Shown piece after piece: positions 45,111 through 58,625 of a DNA stretch of 64,000 nt. Numbering within the stretch: the stretch's first letter is position 1; each line of letters begins with the position of its first letter. The notes under the pieces were generated by a model. That model made no database searches and was not told the origin of the DNA. It was given only the letters and a program-made list of their open reading frames with translations. The stretch covers positions 5,152,001 through 5,216,000 of the forward strand of contig CH464491.1 of assembly GCA_000002445.1 (NCBI GenBank), read 5' to 3'. The translations under genes and the position numbers were made by a program. This DNA is from Trypanosoma brucei. Lineage: Eukaryota.

Positions 45111-45215
45111 GGAAAACTTCCCTAACGTACCTCCTTCCTACCTTTTTTGTTTGCTGTACAAAAAAAATTCAAAAAGAAAAAAAAGGATAAAAATTTTCAG
45201 CTATCAGAAAAAAAT

Positions 45216-46930
45216 TTACAGATTTAGACAGCTTAACAAAAATATTACCGGGATATTTTTACGTGTTAAAATATACCAAACAACAAAATTCTTTAAGAAA
45301 GGGAGGGGGAAAAATTTAAAAAGAAAGGCCGCAAATGCAGAAACCATGAGGGCTAATTGCTTTTCTGCTAGAAAACTGGAGGAGCGGCAACCAGGAGTTA
45401 CTGGACCCTGACCATCAATATAGGTAATCCATCCACAAAAGTCTTTCTTTCCTTGGGGGATCGGGCCAGTTTTTTGGCGCAATTCTTAGAATTTTTGTGC
45501 GGCAGAGCACTTATCTTTTCCCCCTGAAGCTCCTTCTCCTTCTCCTGCTGCTGTGTCTTCTGTTCTATCTTTAGGTTTGCATTTGTTCTCTTTTCATCGT
45601 AATTGCATTTGTTTTTAGGGCATAACTTCTGATTTCCATTGTGCTCGGCACAAAGCTCCGCTGCCTGTTGATCTGACTGTGTCTTTGCTCCAGTTGTTTT
45701 GGGGAAAACAGCTTTGTTGGTTTTCATAGCGTTTATGTTTTCTATTGCCTCCGCTATTGCATATTGTAGTTGATCGTCGTTAATTTGAAACAGTTTTTTG
45801 GTTTGTTTTGTGTTGCCCTGCGTCGGTACCTCCGCGTTTATGGCTTTGATCGCCATTATGTAACCGCCTTCTTCGTTATCTGCGTTGACTTCGAAAAAAC
45901 TTTTAACTAGTTCGTCTGCGTTGTTTGCCTCAGCTGCCGCTTGCCACGCCTGCGCCTTCTGTGCAGCTGTTGCCAGTGCTGCCCGAGTTGTTCTGTCTTT
46001 TAGTAGGCCCTTTACTGCCGTTTCGTCCGTTGGTGTTTTTGTTACTGCTTGCCGCAGCTTGTTTGCTACTGCAGCGCGCTTTTCGCTGAGCGCCTTGAGA
46101 AGGTTATTTGTGACTGCGGCCGTGTGTATCGATGGCATGTTCTGGAAGTCTCCAGCAGCTGCTACCTGTATTAGTCCGTTTAGTGGGTGTATTGGCTGCG
46201 TTACACTGCTGTATGCTGTGTTTGGGTTTTCCGATATTCGGCATTTTGGTGCAGCTGCTCCGGTTGTTTCAGGGATTCCTGTGTCTTGAAGGGTTGTTTT
46301 GATTTCGGTTGCCAGATCTGTGATAACTGCTGTTAGTGTTGTCGTGTCTGCCGTGCCGCACTTTGTGTCAACGATTTTAGCTGCAGCGTTGCCGTCGTTG
46401 TCACCGCCAATGCACCCATTTTGTGCTGTTGGTGTCGTTTGTTGGTGGTTTTGCAGTAAGTGCATCAGTTCATCGACACGGCCTGAAGCGTACATTGCTT
46501 GTCCTACTATTTTGGTGTTCTCGCCTTCCCAGTTGACGAGGTTGCTGGTCGCTTCGTCTAGGTTTGTCGCCGCATACAGCTTGAACGTTTCTGCTGCAAG
46601 CTTCAGCGCCGGCATTTTTAGTGCTGCTAGCGAATGCTGAAGGTACGCGTGCTTGGCGGTGATCACTGCATCTTTGCCATGCTTGATCGAGTCTGCTAGG
46701 GACGCGGCTAAGGCCTTGGCTTTGGACGAAAAGGCACATAACTTTGTCCCAACACTGGCTTTGATTGGGCGTTTGTCGGTCGCGCCTTCGATACCGGTCG
46801 GCAGCGCAAGGACTAGAGCCACTAGTCTCGCCTGTTTGCTGCTCCGCTGTCGCCAGTTGTTAATGCTTTTTCGCTCCACGTCGTCTTTTCCGGCATGTTG
46901 GGCTAGTTCAGTGCCTGTGACTGCAAACAT
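45216..46930 (-). pseudogene. VSG: VSG pseudogene (C-terminal frameshift; aberrant N-terminus)
   Basis: The 510-aa ORF 45398-46930 holds the signal peptide core ARLVALVLALPTGIEGA but lacks a proper initiator just upstream, and ends ...LPILMVRVQ*. The GPI signal SSSFLAEKQLALMVSAFAAFLF is read in another frame at 45216-45482. Confidence 0.75.
45264..45279 (-). promoter_or_regulatory. VSG 3'UTR 16-mer-like element (reverse complement gtgttaaaatatacca)
   Basis: 15 of 16 positions match the reverse complement of TGATATATTTTAACAC, downstream of the VSG C-terminus. Confidence 0.55.
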
Positions 46931-47684
46931 GTATTATAGTGATTGCTTGTGCTTTTTACATGGTATAGGTTGAAACAAAAACGGTCTGCGTCTGCTGCTG
47001 TCACATTCCATGAGACGGTAAACAGCACATAGGTAAAACGGAAATAAATACACATTTAAAAAATTCGACTCCCTATTGACAACCCCTTATTTAAAATCCC
47101 CCTCTGCCACTTTCATTCTGTCTTTTTTTCCAAATAGGGAATGTTCTGCCAGAGTAGCGGCTACATCCGTCTTCCTTTGCACATTTGAGTCTGCTATCGC
47201 ATTTTTGCCATTGATACAGCCATTTCAACTGCGATACGAGTCAATTCTGAGTAAAATACGGTGCATCATTGTCATCATTATCTCCTGTTTGTCTCTAGAT
47301 GTATTATTTCTGTTATGAAAAATATACAGTCACCTCAGTCTTAATTTCCTCCATTTTGGTCATCTCTCGCTTCTTCCGCCGATGATGTAGGGGCTTGACG
47401 TGACCTATACACGGAATCTGTTTCTCGGTAATAATTCTCCACATATTTTCCTTGTGCATAATGATGCCAAACATCATATATGTGTTTAAAACGCACGTAT
47501 TCACTCTTCTCTCTCATTTTCTTTCTTTTTGCATATTCCTTAATAATCTTCATTCTACTCTTCTTTACTCCCAGGATAACCCACTGTCCGACCAGCTCAT
47601 TTACTCTTAATATACTTTAACCGTTGTTTTAAGTGCTTTTATTTTATTTCTTCTATTGACTATAATTGCTTCCCTCCTCTATAG

Positions 47685-47923
<239 letters not shown>

Positions 47924-48229
47924 GACATAACTAATATGCATAAAATAATGGATACAAACAAAAAATACTTATCATATCACTAATTTTTTATCCTATCTCA
48001 ATACCACTTTTCACCAGGTTTATACAATTATACACGTCTTAATAAAATTTTAGATTTTCAGATTTTGCAATGTTTTTACAACAGTGTTAAAGTAACTCAT
48101 ATTTTAGTAAATTTGGTATTTTCTCTCTTTAAAGAAAATCTTCTTGAATTTCATAAAGCTGAGCAAAAATTATAAAGTGCCACCAAACTCACAAAAGAAG
48201 GGGCCACGATAACAAATTTCTTATTAACT

Positions 48230-49779
48230 AGGATACTGAAATCACGGCATTTTGTTTTAGCTTTTCCCTTTCCATCAATGAAATCACTTCATCCGCAAAC
48301 AGATTTCTTTCCCTCCTTCGGTTTACCTGGCGCCTTGGAACATTTTTCGGGGTCATTATACTGGCCACAATTAGGGTCTTCTCCGCTTGTTGCTCCTTCT
48401 CCTTTTCCTGCTTGGGTTGCTTGCTGTTCTGCTGCTGTCGCATTCAATTTGCAGTGGGGGCCATCTTTCGCGTCACCTCCCTCCCATTTGCACTCTCCAT
48501 TGTTTTTGCAGTCTGTTGCTTTTTCTATTACTGCGCAGTTTGCCTTTGCTTTTGCCGTTTTGGGGCGCGCTCTTGTCGTGTTTTGGCGTTTCTATTTGTT
48601 GCTGGCGCTCGCTGTAGAGCAGTGTTTGCACTAGTTGCTTTTTGGCTTTCAGCTGTCTTGCCGCCTCCTTCCTTATTTGCACTGCTTGCTCGTGCTTGCG
48701 CAGTTGCTTTGCTATTGCAGAGAGTCCGTTGATCCACGGGATGTCCGTCACTTTTGCCGTGGCGCCCGTGCCGAGGTCAGTGTATTTTACACACATGCCT
48801 CCTCCCTGTTTTCCGTCGCAGTTCCCGTTTATGGTCTTTCCTAGTGTCGCTGCTCCCGAACGTCGAGCAATGAGCGCTGTAACCGCTGCTACCGAGTCTG
48901 CAGTAGTTCGCTCGTTAGCTGCGTTTTGGAGTTGAGGTCGCATAAGTTAAGGGCAGCCCCGATTGCTGCGGTTCCTGGGTCGGTGGAGGCGGTCCATTTG
49001 TTCGTTAGTCCTGTTTGGTATTCGCACGCTTTGACTTCGTTGTTGCTTGCACTGTTGTCGGCGATGCACACGCATATCAGGGTACCGGCGACCGTTTTGG
49101 CTGGGTTGGCTGCTGCCGTCCCCGAGCATGTGTTGGTTCGGCTGCCTCCCGTTGATGTGAACAGCTTTGTACCAGCCACCGGTGGTTCTGCTGCTGGTGT
49201 TTCTCCGTAGACGTGCTGGTTTATGAGTGTTTTGATCTTATCATCTGTCAGTAGATCGCTTTCCGGGGCTTTGGCTAATGCTAACGTTTCTATTGCTTCA
49301 GCCTCGGCGGCTAGTCTAGTGACTGCCGGTCGTATTGACAGACGCTGGTCCTGTGTTAGTCCCTGTAGTTTGTGCTTTTTTAAGACGTTTTGGTCTCCGG
49401 TTTTCTTTAATAGCGGTTCAGCCGCCTTTTTCCAGATCGGCCACTTTCCGGGCCAATCTTTGTGGTCCGTGAAATCTGCTTGCGGAAAGTCACGCGGCTT
49501 TTCCCTGGCGTCTGGCTGCCGGAAAATGTCAAGCCAGACGCTATCTGCCAGCGACATATTTAGCTCTAGCAGATCTGCCAGGTCTGTATCGAGCGCTGTC
49601 TCCGCCGATTCCAGCTTTGCGCGTCCATTTGCTAACTCGATTAAGCCACAGAGGGCTCCTCTCTCCCGCTCATTGTCTCCCGCCGCTACGTTTCCTCGCG
49701 CGGTGTCTGTTGTTAGAACTATGGCAATAAGTATCGCCACTTGTAGATGACTGCCGCGTCTTTGTGGCAGTGGCGGCAT
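48230..49779 (-). pseudogene. VSG: VSG pseudogene (multiple frameshifts)
   Basis: N-terminal ORF 48889-49779 (signal peptide region HLQVAILIAIVLTTDTARG, then ...ERGALCGLIELANG...) and a middle ORF at 48473-48943 (GGGMCVKYTDLGTGATAK...). The C-terminal and GPI-coding remnant at 48230-48420 is homologous to 5110-5300 but out of frame. Confidence 0.75.
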
Positions 49780-50763
49780 TACGACGTTTACTAGTTTCTT
49801 CTTTTTAAAGGATGTGCGTTCAAGCTGAGTCGTTGGTTTTTTTGTTACAGTTTGGTGCTATAGAAGATTGCCATTTGCTGTTCAGTGCCTTGCCAACCTT
49901 TTAGAGCAGCCACAGCTAGAGTTCTTTTGTTTAACGCTGAATCGGTAACTATTATAAAATGGAAGTGCTTATCTTTTGTGCTGGTTTAGTAAGATGATCT
50001 TGCCGCATTAAAGAAGATAAATGTGACCTTCTATGGGCAATCTCCATAAGTTAAAAACTAATTGAGCTTTTGGTGTCTTTTTTACACCTACAGCAGCCAA
50101 CGCATCCTTTGAACACTGGATTTATTAAATTACACTCACAAACGTCTTAAATATTGGTTTTAGGTATATTTTAACTCTTAATTCTAATATACGTCACTCT
50201 ATATCTATAACTATTGCATCTTTCCTTCACATTCCCAATTTCCTACCTGTTTGCTTTTAAAAAAGTTTAGATAGGTCTGTAAATGTAAAAAAATTAGAAT
50301 TTATGATTTTCACTCTCTTCTATCAACTTATTCCTCCTATGTTTTTCCTGAACTTCGAAGAACAAGATAACACTGTTGCTTCTCGCACACGTGGCCCCTC
50401 TTTCCCTCTTTTTTTTTGGATGGTGATACTGAGTTCCTCAGACGTTCGAAATTGGAAATTTATGTGCTGACGCGTACTGCTAATCTTGGTCTTGCGGCTA
50501 GCCTTATATAAGATACGCTTGTTTTAAACTGTTTTATCGTCGGCCCGTATATCAACACGGATTTTTTGGTATCGCCATTAATTTTCTATACTTTATAGAA
50601 ATAGGCTGCGGTTCCATCTGCGTGAATTATTCCTCCCTCATTGCTTCTGCCAGTCGGGGGTTTGGTCGGCTGCCTACTCCTAAGTATTCACCGTACCCGC
50701 CGTGCTATATGCATTGCCTGCGCCGCTTCGATGTGTTTCGCCGTGGTCTAGTTTTGGCTTTAT

Positions 50764-53700
50764 CCCTCGCGATGCCGGCCACCTCAACGTGGTGCCAGGG
50801 TCCAGTACCCCGTATCATCGGGGAAAGCCAAGAGCCAGCAGAGTTCCTTTCATGAGGAACACTGCTGTGCTCCGGCTACGGCATCATACAGCACAGGGAT
50901 CAGCAGCGTCTTGCTGGGACACCGTTCTTCATTTGTCTGTCCCTGGGGACGTGCCAGCGTGCCATCAACAGTATCATCCGCACTAAGATGCTGCTGTCCG
51001 GTGATGTGGAAGAGAATCCCGGACCGTCGTTGCGCGGGATGCAGTGGAACTGCGCCGGGGTATCTCAAGGAAAGAGATTAGCACTCCACAAAACCCTTGT
51101 TGATGAGCGGATCGCCTTTTGTCTGTTGAGCGAGACAAGGATGACGCCTGGAGAGGCGGCTTGCTTTAGCGTTGCTGGCTACCAACATCACGGAATAGCT
51201 CGTAACTTCAAAGGAGGTGGTGTATCAATACTAGTGAGGGGGGACCTACCAGTCGAGACCGGTATGGCCGTTGTTGGTCGCATTGAACAAGTGCATGCAA
51301 CAATTCACCTTGCACGTGGAACGGCGCTGACTGTCACGTCGGCATACATCCCACCAAAACACACCTTCACGGCAACTGACCTAGATACGCTTCTGACAAC
51401 TGACGGTGCCCAGCTCATCGGTGCAGACGCTAACGCACACGCGTTGGCATGGGATCGCGCGAGCCCACCAAATACAAGGGGTGAAACCCTCACACAGTGG
51501 TGCATTGACAATTAGTTTCTGGTCTGCAACACTGGTGAGTGCACCAGGTACGCGCGCCACCACGGGGAGTCCACCCCTGATGTGACACTGTCAAGGAATT
51601 GCACAGTGCACACGTGGACATCGCTGTATTCTCCCGATAGCGATCACCATCACATATTTTTCGACGTTATCGTTGGAGACGACACAGATGCACTGAGTTG
51701 CCCGCGGCTTCGAAAGCCCATGTACGCATGGCTAAAAGCTGACTGGAGGAATATCCGTCTCAAGGTTGACGAGCTCTGCAGGAAAATTAATAGAGAGAAG
51801 AACGTCAACACCCTGGAACAGAAATTGAGCTTCGCCATCCGCATTGCGACGAAGGTCTCCGTCCCCCGTGGCTGCAGAGCAACGGCATCACATTGGACAC
51901 CTGAGCTCGCGAAACTCGATGAAGAGATCGCTGGATGCGGACCCTCCCACCGAAGGGAAAAGTTGGTAGCCACGCGTAAGCAGATCCTGGACCGTACCAC
52001 AAAGAAGAGATGGAGCACGCTATGCTCCAGACTTGCGGTGTCAGACCGCTGCAGTTGGCACATTGTCAAGAAGGTATATCCGCCACGACCACTAACCACA
52101 CCGGCTGTACTTGTTGATAACGCGGCCATCACGGACTACTGTCAAGCTGAGAGGTTCATTAAACTGTACTCGTCCCGCGCAAGAAGGCACCCCGACTCAC
52201 ACCCACCGGCACCAATAAAGACGATAGCGAGTGAGTTCAGTCCCATCACGATGGCTGAACTACGGAAATCGATCAAACAACTTCCGAGTGGATCCACAGC
52301 CGGACCTAATTGCTTATACAACGAGGCACTACAACATCTCGGTAGAACAGCGTTGAATGTTGTTCTGAGGCTATTCAATGAGAGCCTACGAACGGGAGTC
52401 GTGCCGCCTGCATGGAAGACTGGTGTTATCATCCCCATCCTGAAGGCCGGAAAAAAGGCGGAGGACCTCGATTCTTACAGGCCAGTGACGCTCACGAGCT
52501 GTCTCTACAAAGTCATGGAGCGCATAATTGCCGCGAGACTTAGAGACACTGTTGAGTCCCAGCTGACGCCGCAGCAATCAGGCTTTCGCCCCGGATGCTC
52601 AACGCTCGAACAACTCCTGCACGTCCGCGCTGCCCTCCGCCGTCCCACGCACCAATCTCGTACGGGTGCTGTATTTGTCGACTACGAGAAGGCATTCGAT
52701 ACAGTAGACCACGACAAAATTGCGAGGGAAATGCACAGAATGAAGGTATCACCCCACATTGTGAAGTGGTGCGTATCATTTCTGAGTAACCGAACTGGCA
52801 GAGTGAGATTCAAGGAGAAGCTTTCCAGAAGCAGAACATTTGAGCGAGGAGTGCCACAAGGAACTGTCCTTGGCCCAATCATGTTCATTATTGTCATGAA
52901 CTCGTTGAGCCAACGCCTTGCAGAAGTGCCGTTACTGCAGCACGGATTCTTTGCAGACGACCTGACGCTACTTGCGAGGCACACAGAGAGGGATGTCATC
53001 AACCACACACTACAATGCGGTCTAAACGTGGTGTTACAGTGGTCAAAAGAGTACTTCATGTCTGTCAACGTAGCGAAAACAAAGTGCACACTCTTCGGGT
53101 GTATAGAGCGTCACCCCCTTACATTACAACTGGACGGCGAAAGAATAGGAGCTGACAGGACACCGAAGCTTCTAGGAGTAACATTCCAGTGTCTGCAAGG
53201 GATGGCAACACATGCGGCCAAAACGAGACGCAAGATGGATTTCAGACTACTGCAGATAGCAGCCATCTCAGCTTCTACATGGGGGCCAAGACGACAAGTA
53301 CTGAGAGCTTTTTATCTAGCACTCGTACAGGCACACACCATGTATGGCATTGAGGTATGGTACTGGGACGCTTCGGAACGAAGTCGCGACCTCCTTGCAT
53401 CAGCACAACACAAAGCCAGTCGCATCATAGCCGGCATACCACATGGGACGCGCAAAGAGGACTCTCTGCTGGAAGCAAACCTCCTGCCACTCAAGACGAC
53501 CACTCTTGTGCGCAGCATGAAATTCATGCTGATGTGTGAGTCACGAGGCGGATGTTTGCGGCGCAGTGCTGAATAAGTATACCACAGCAAACACCCAGTC
53601 AGAGTCTTACATTCCCGCATCATGCGGTCCTATCCCCAACTCCGCATTGAGCCACGCGAGCAACCACTAGAGACATCGACGCTCCGCCACAGCTGCCGAC

Positions 53701-56028
53701 CGCTATTTCACACGCAGATAAAGCCTGTGTGCGCTGATGACCCTGACGATGTCAAAAGGGAGGCTTCCGAAAAGTGGATTGAACGGCATTTTGCACGGAG
53801 GGGGAAGGAGCCACCGCGGCGAGAGCACTACGAATTGTGGACTGATGGATGCGTGTCCCTCGGTGAGAAGTCCGGAGCAACTGCCCTGCTCTATAGAAAC
53901 AACACGCTGATTTGCGCACCCAAAACTGGAGCAGGGGAACTCTCATGCAGTTACAGAGCGGAATGCTTAGCATTAGAGATAGGACTGCAACGGCTGCTGA
54001 AATGGCTTCCGGCATACAGAAGCACAACGAGCAGGTTGTCCATCTTCTCTGACTCGCTGTCAATGTTAACAGCACTGCAGACAGGCCCCCTAGCCGTAAC
54101 GGACCCAATTCTAAGACGACTATGGAGGCTTCTGTTTCAAGTTCAGAGAAGGAAGATACGTATCCGACTGCAATTTGTGTTTGGCCATTGTGGCGTGAAA
54201 CGGAATGAGGTTTGTGACGAAATGGCCAAAAAGGCCGCAGATTTACCACAGTTGCGAGACACATGGATCCCCAACATCATTGCTTATGCGAAGCGAGTGC
54301 TTAGGTCGGAAGAAGTCTATGAGAACACTCATAGGTTTGGTATCACGGGCAACCACTTTCCAACAAAACCTAAGAAAGAAGAACTGACGAGGGAGGAAGA
54401 AACGGCACTGGCACGCTTTCGGGTTGGGTCCTCAAGACACTATGGCTGGATGTTGCGAAAGATCAACCCGAGTGTGCCTCCACAGTGCCGATGGTGCAAC
54501 CCGCAACATGCAGAGATAGGGCCAACAATACAAACAGCCCTACCTATTGCGACACGCACTCTTCAGAGAACCTCCGAACCGACCAAATGTACGGAATGTG
54601 ATGCCACATACCAATGCCGCTCGAGTGCTGTAACGCACATGGTAAACATGGCTTTGTGCGAGCTGATGCCCTCAGGAGGATCAAATACGGCGATGCAACA
54701 CCTGCAGTGGACATCCCCCCGGAGTCCCCTCCAGTGGTGGCGATCGTTCCTCTACCATTCGAGCACACGAGTCCAGATGAGACCGCAGGTGCTTCATTGT
54801 ACCCTCTGTACCTCCAAATTCGCAGTGCCAGGCCGACTATTACACCACCTTAGAACAATACATGGCATAGGCAGCGGTAGTTTGCCGCGTGAAAAGGGGG
54901 CGAGAGAACGAGGACTCAGTGCAAGGAGATGGTAGAGCTCCAGCAGCGCCAGCCTCTCAGGATACACGGAAGCTGCCGTTTCAATGTGACCTGTGCGAGC
55001 CGAGCTTCGGTACACGTTCTTCCCTGTCACTACACAAAAAATTCAAACATAAGAGCATAGTGACGGAGGACGGTACCGTGGTGGTGGTGCAACTCCCTCG
55101 TAAGCGTGCCCGTGAGGGAAACGTTGACGTCCCGGGGAAGGGCGAGGTGCAGTGTGGTGTGTGCCAAAAAGTGCTCAGTTGCAGGGACTCCCTCATCCGA
55201 CACTGTAAGGCTTTCCACAAAGGTGAGGGAGTCGAGCTTAAATGCAGCAAAAGCACAAAATTGTGTGCCACTGATTCCCCGCATACAAACACATACATGT
55301 ACATCCATCTTGGTGTGCCCGACATGCGGAAGGCAGTGTGCTAGCAAAACTGGCCTCACCCTACATCAAAAGAAGATGCACGGTATGAAGGTAGAGCGCG
55401 CTGTTACCAGCCAACGCGGCGAATGCGAAGAAACGTCGCTGCACTTGATGAGCTGTCCCGGTTTGAAGGAGTTACGTGTCAGGTTTGCGGTAGAAGGTGA
55501 GTGTGTGCAGGATGTATGTTTCTCTAAAAGGCTGGCGCAGTTTCTCATTGCGGTTGAACGGAGCCGGCCACAGGTGAAGTCCTCACCTAAGGTAACAGTC
55601 ATACAACCCACTCTCCCTTCTGCAACTTCCCCCCTTATTGCCGAGTGTGGAGCTAGCAGGAAAAGCACCGGACGCAGGAATAGTCCAGACACCCTTAGAG
55701 ACAGAGGAGGTATGCAGTCAACAAGCAACAGAAACAGAAAGAGGGGGAGAGAATAATAAACGAATAACAAAAATCAAAACAAAAGGATTGGTAATTGACA
55801 TCTTTGAGAGAGTCCGGGGTGGGGGGTTTCTCGCCCCATCTGCTGTATTCCGTTCAACTTCGGAGCTACAATAAAAAATTATAGAGAGTGTGTTAGGGTG
55901 AATAAAAAAGGGAGACTCTGCCACAGTCGCCAGACCGATAGCATATCAGTGCTCTACGGTGATGGCTGATGGCCGCGCCAGTGGGGGGAAACTCCCACGA
56001 AGGCACGAAGAAAATTCCAAAAAAAAAA
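50764..56028 (+). mobile_element. ingi: ingi non-LTR retrotransposon, copy 2, degenerate, 3' poly(A) of about 10 nt
   Basis: Co-linear with copy 1 at about 97-98 % identity from ccctcgcgatgccggccacctcaacgtgg to ...cacgaaggcacgaagaaaattccaaaaaaaaaa. The ORF is broken by a nonsense change at about 53577 (GAA to TAA) and by later indels. Confidence 0.9.
50988..55756 (+). pseudogene. ingi polyprotein pseudogene (AP endonuclease, RT, RNase H-like region and zinc fingers split into several ORFs)
   Basis: ORFs 50988-51515 (2A plus endonuclease), 51582-53576 (RT), 53622-54935, and 54889-55344 / 55106-55756 (zinc fingers) are co-linear with the copy 1 ORF but sit in different frames or are separated by stops. 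Confidence 0.85.
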
Positions 56029-56030
56029 TG

Positions 56031-57056
56031 CCTCTGTTTTTCTGCTTCGACGAGCATTTTTTGGGCAGCAAGAAACTGTCCCACCCAGGGGAGTTTTGTA
56101 ATATCCTTGTTCCGTACGACGCCATTGTAGTCTATGCAAGCGGATGCTTCGTCTTGTCCGTCGAAGTCGTTGTTGGTTTCTCCGCCTCCTATCACGTTCT
56201 CTGTGTTTGCGCCGGTGGATGGTGCTGTGCCAAACAAACTTGCGAATTGGGCAAGCGCCGCGTCGATGGTTGATGGTGTCACATGCCGCTGGGTTGCTGA
56301 GGGTGGACACTTTGTTACTATCGTTTGTAGTGCTCTCTTAGCGCTCTGTGCTGTGTCTCCACCGCTGTTTTTGTAGCTTTGTTCGTTGCCGCCTGCCACA
56401 CACAGGTTGGTCGCACCCGCTGAGGAACACAGGCAAGCCAAATCCGATGCTAGGCTGGCTCCCTGCTCGGCCGGACTGTCCTTTTTGCACCTGTTCGCGT
56501 GGTTGCCATATATGCTGTCGTCCGTAGTCTCCTTGTTTGTATCACCCGTTAGCGCTTGCTTCAGGTGGCTTCTTACACCGCCAGCCAAAGCTGTTATTGC
56601 TTGTTGTGCATCGTTGAGCCGTTTTCTGGTTTCGGCTGCTGCTGTTCGAATTTTGTCCATCGCACATTGTACACGCTGCCGGGTTTCTTCGTCTCCGATA
56701 CGTAAATATTTTGTTTTTGCTTCTGGTGTATGTGCCTCCAGCAAACTTTTCTTTTTTTGCTCCCACGCTTGCTTGTTGAACGTCGAAAAAATTTTTGCTG
56801 TGAAATTAACTGTTGGCAGCGTTACAATGTACAAATCCTCTATGTCGTCTGGCGGTTCAGGTGTGTCGCTCCGCGTTAAGTCTGTTGTGTTTGGTTCCGA
56901 TGTGCACAGCTTGTAAATTTCGCAAAATACAGAGAATTCTTTGCCGTTCTTTGTGGTCGCTGCGGCGCCAAGTTGAGCTGCCAATAGTAGAAGGGCCAAT
57001 GCTTTTGATATGGCGAATATAGCGCATCCCGACATTGCATACCCGTATCTGATCAT
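56031..57056 (-). pseudogene. VSG: VSG N-terminal-domain fragment, 3' end truncated by ingi copy 2
   Basis: ORF 55893-57056 begins with signal peptide MIRYGYAMSGCAIFAISKALALLLLAAQLGAAA and has a VSG N-domain (DLACLCSSAGATNLCVAGG). After ...KMLVEAEKQRH the reading runs straight into the ingi poly(A) tail (FFFGIFFVPSWEF), and no C-terminal domain follows. Confidence 0.8.
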
Positions 57057-58564
57057 CCCTACCTTTCAGTCGTGACTTCTTAACTCTGGATGTTCAGAAA
57101 CAAAGTAAGAATCGAGTGCCCTTAGTGGCTACAAGAAAGTCCACTGCTTTTCTTGCAAGCTGCTGTTGATTATCGCCCGTTGCTTTTGGATTGATGAATA
57201 CGATTTATATCCATTCACATTATTTCTAGCCACCTATACCCCTCATCTACGAAATATCCTCTTTCGACACCCTATTTTTCCACTAAAATAAAAGCTTTAT
57301 ATGCTCACTATTACTTTCCCCCACTTGAAATCAATACATAACATGAGAATCAAATAATAGATTAAGAAATACAGTCACAACCATCGTCGCTGTTGCGCCC
57401 ATTCATTTTTGTGATGTGGTGTTTTCTTTTGAGTGCACATGGTACTTCCATCCGCCGCATCATATGTTAATTTGCAATTTCGGCCCCCAGTTGTGCCGCC
57501 AATCCCCCTTTATACTTTATGTGCTTTATGCTGTGCTTTGTGTATGGACAATTATGAGCATTGAGGAAGGGTATTTGACTCTATCTTCCTAGAAACTTCT
57601 TACATTTGTAACTTAGATTGTCACTTTTGTTTCATTTGTTTTACTTTAAATAATTATCTGATACTTGGTGCTTTTTCGAAGATAAACGATAGAGAAAGCT
57701 GCAACAGGATAAAAGTCTCATGAGAAATGGCTCAACTATGGTGATTTATTCCCTCTGTGTTAGATTTGCTTGTATTGTTTTACGTCACCTCATTTCTAAT
57801 CTACTAAATAAGCTATTCAAGTTGTGCCTACACACCTCTAATGGCTTGGCCATAGAAAAACAATGAAATTCTTAGTTCTATCGAATATTTTTACCAACTC
57901 TACTTTATAGGGTGTTAATAAGGTTAAATGTTTCTACACTGCCTTTCAATGCAATAATTTTATTTTCGTCTCTTTTCATTTGCCGTTTCTATGGTTTTCC
58001 GGATAGTTTTCAACATCTTTAAATGTTGTGATATTTTTTTGAGCTTTACACGTATGTTTAGGTACAATCATTAGCTGCTTGTTTGTTCACTTCTCTCAAG
58101 TTCCAAATTCTGTTCATAGCTGCACTTTTACAAGAATTGTGCACAATTTATAAGCTAAATTCTCTACATTAGATCGGTTTGCATCCATGACGACGATTTC
58201 AGTAAAAATAATGTATTTTTCAAAGAGTTATTGAGAACATATTAGTAATAGTGGTTTTATATCTTTTGTACCCCTAGTGCTTGTTTGTGTAACATGTAGC
58301 GCTTTATGTTGGTCTATACATTGCGTTTTTCCAATCATCATTGTCCCCTCGGGGTTACGTTGTGTATCATAATACCCATCATCATGTTAAAGTTTGAGAG
58401 TATGCATATTACATCTCCTTCATTTCATTTCCTTTAAAAATAATTATCCTGGACCCTATCCATCCATATTTTTCACTTTTCCGTTCACTTACTCACTTAC
58501 TCTGATTGCGCTCTTGTCATTGTTTTAAGTTTTTGTACTTTTTTCCATTTGATCTTCACCACCA

Positions 58565-58625
58565 CCTTTGTAATATTAGTATAAACACACTCACAACACA
58601 TTCATATCATTATCTTTACGTTTTT
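58565..58625 (-). repeat. 70-bp repeat, single degenerate unit
   Basis: tttgtaatattagtataaacacactcacaacac core. Confidence 0.7.

Noticed and set aside
47313-47553. Short minus-strand ORFs (63 and 70 aa) between the expanded 70-bp repeat and the VSG pseudogene at 45216-46930, as a possible small gene
   Set aside because: No similarity to the ESAG3-like copies or to VSG, no signal peptide, and overlapping frames; treated as noise in a co-transposed region.
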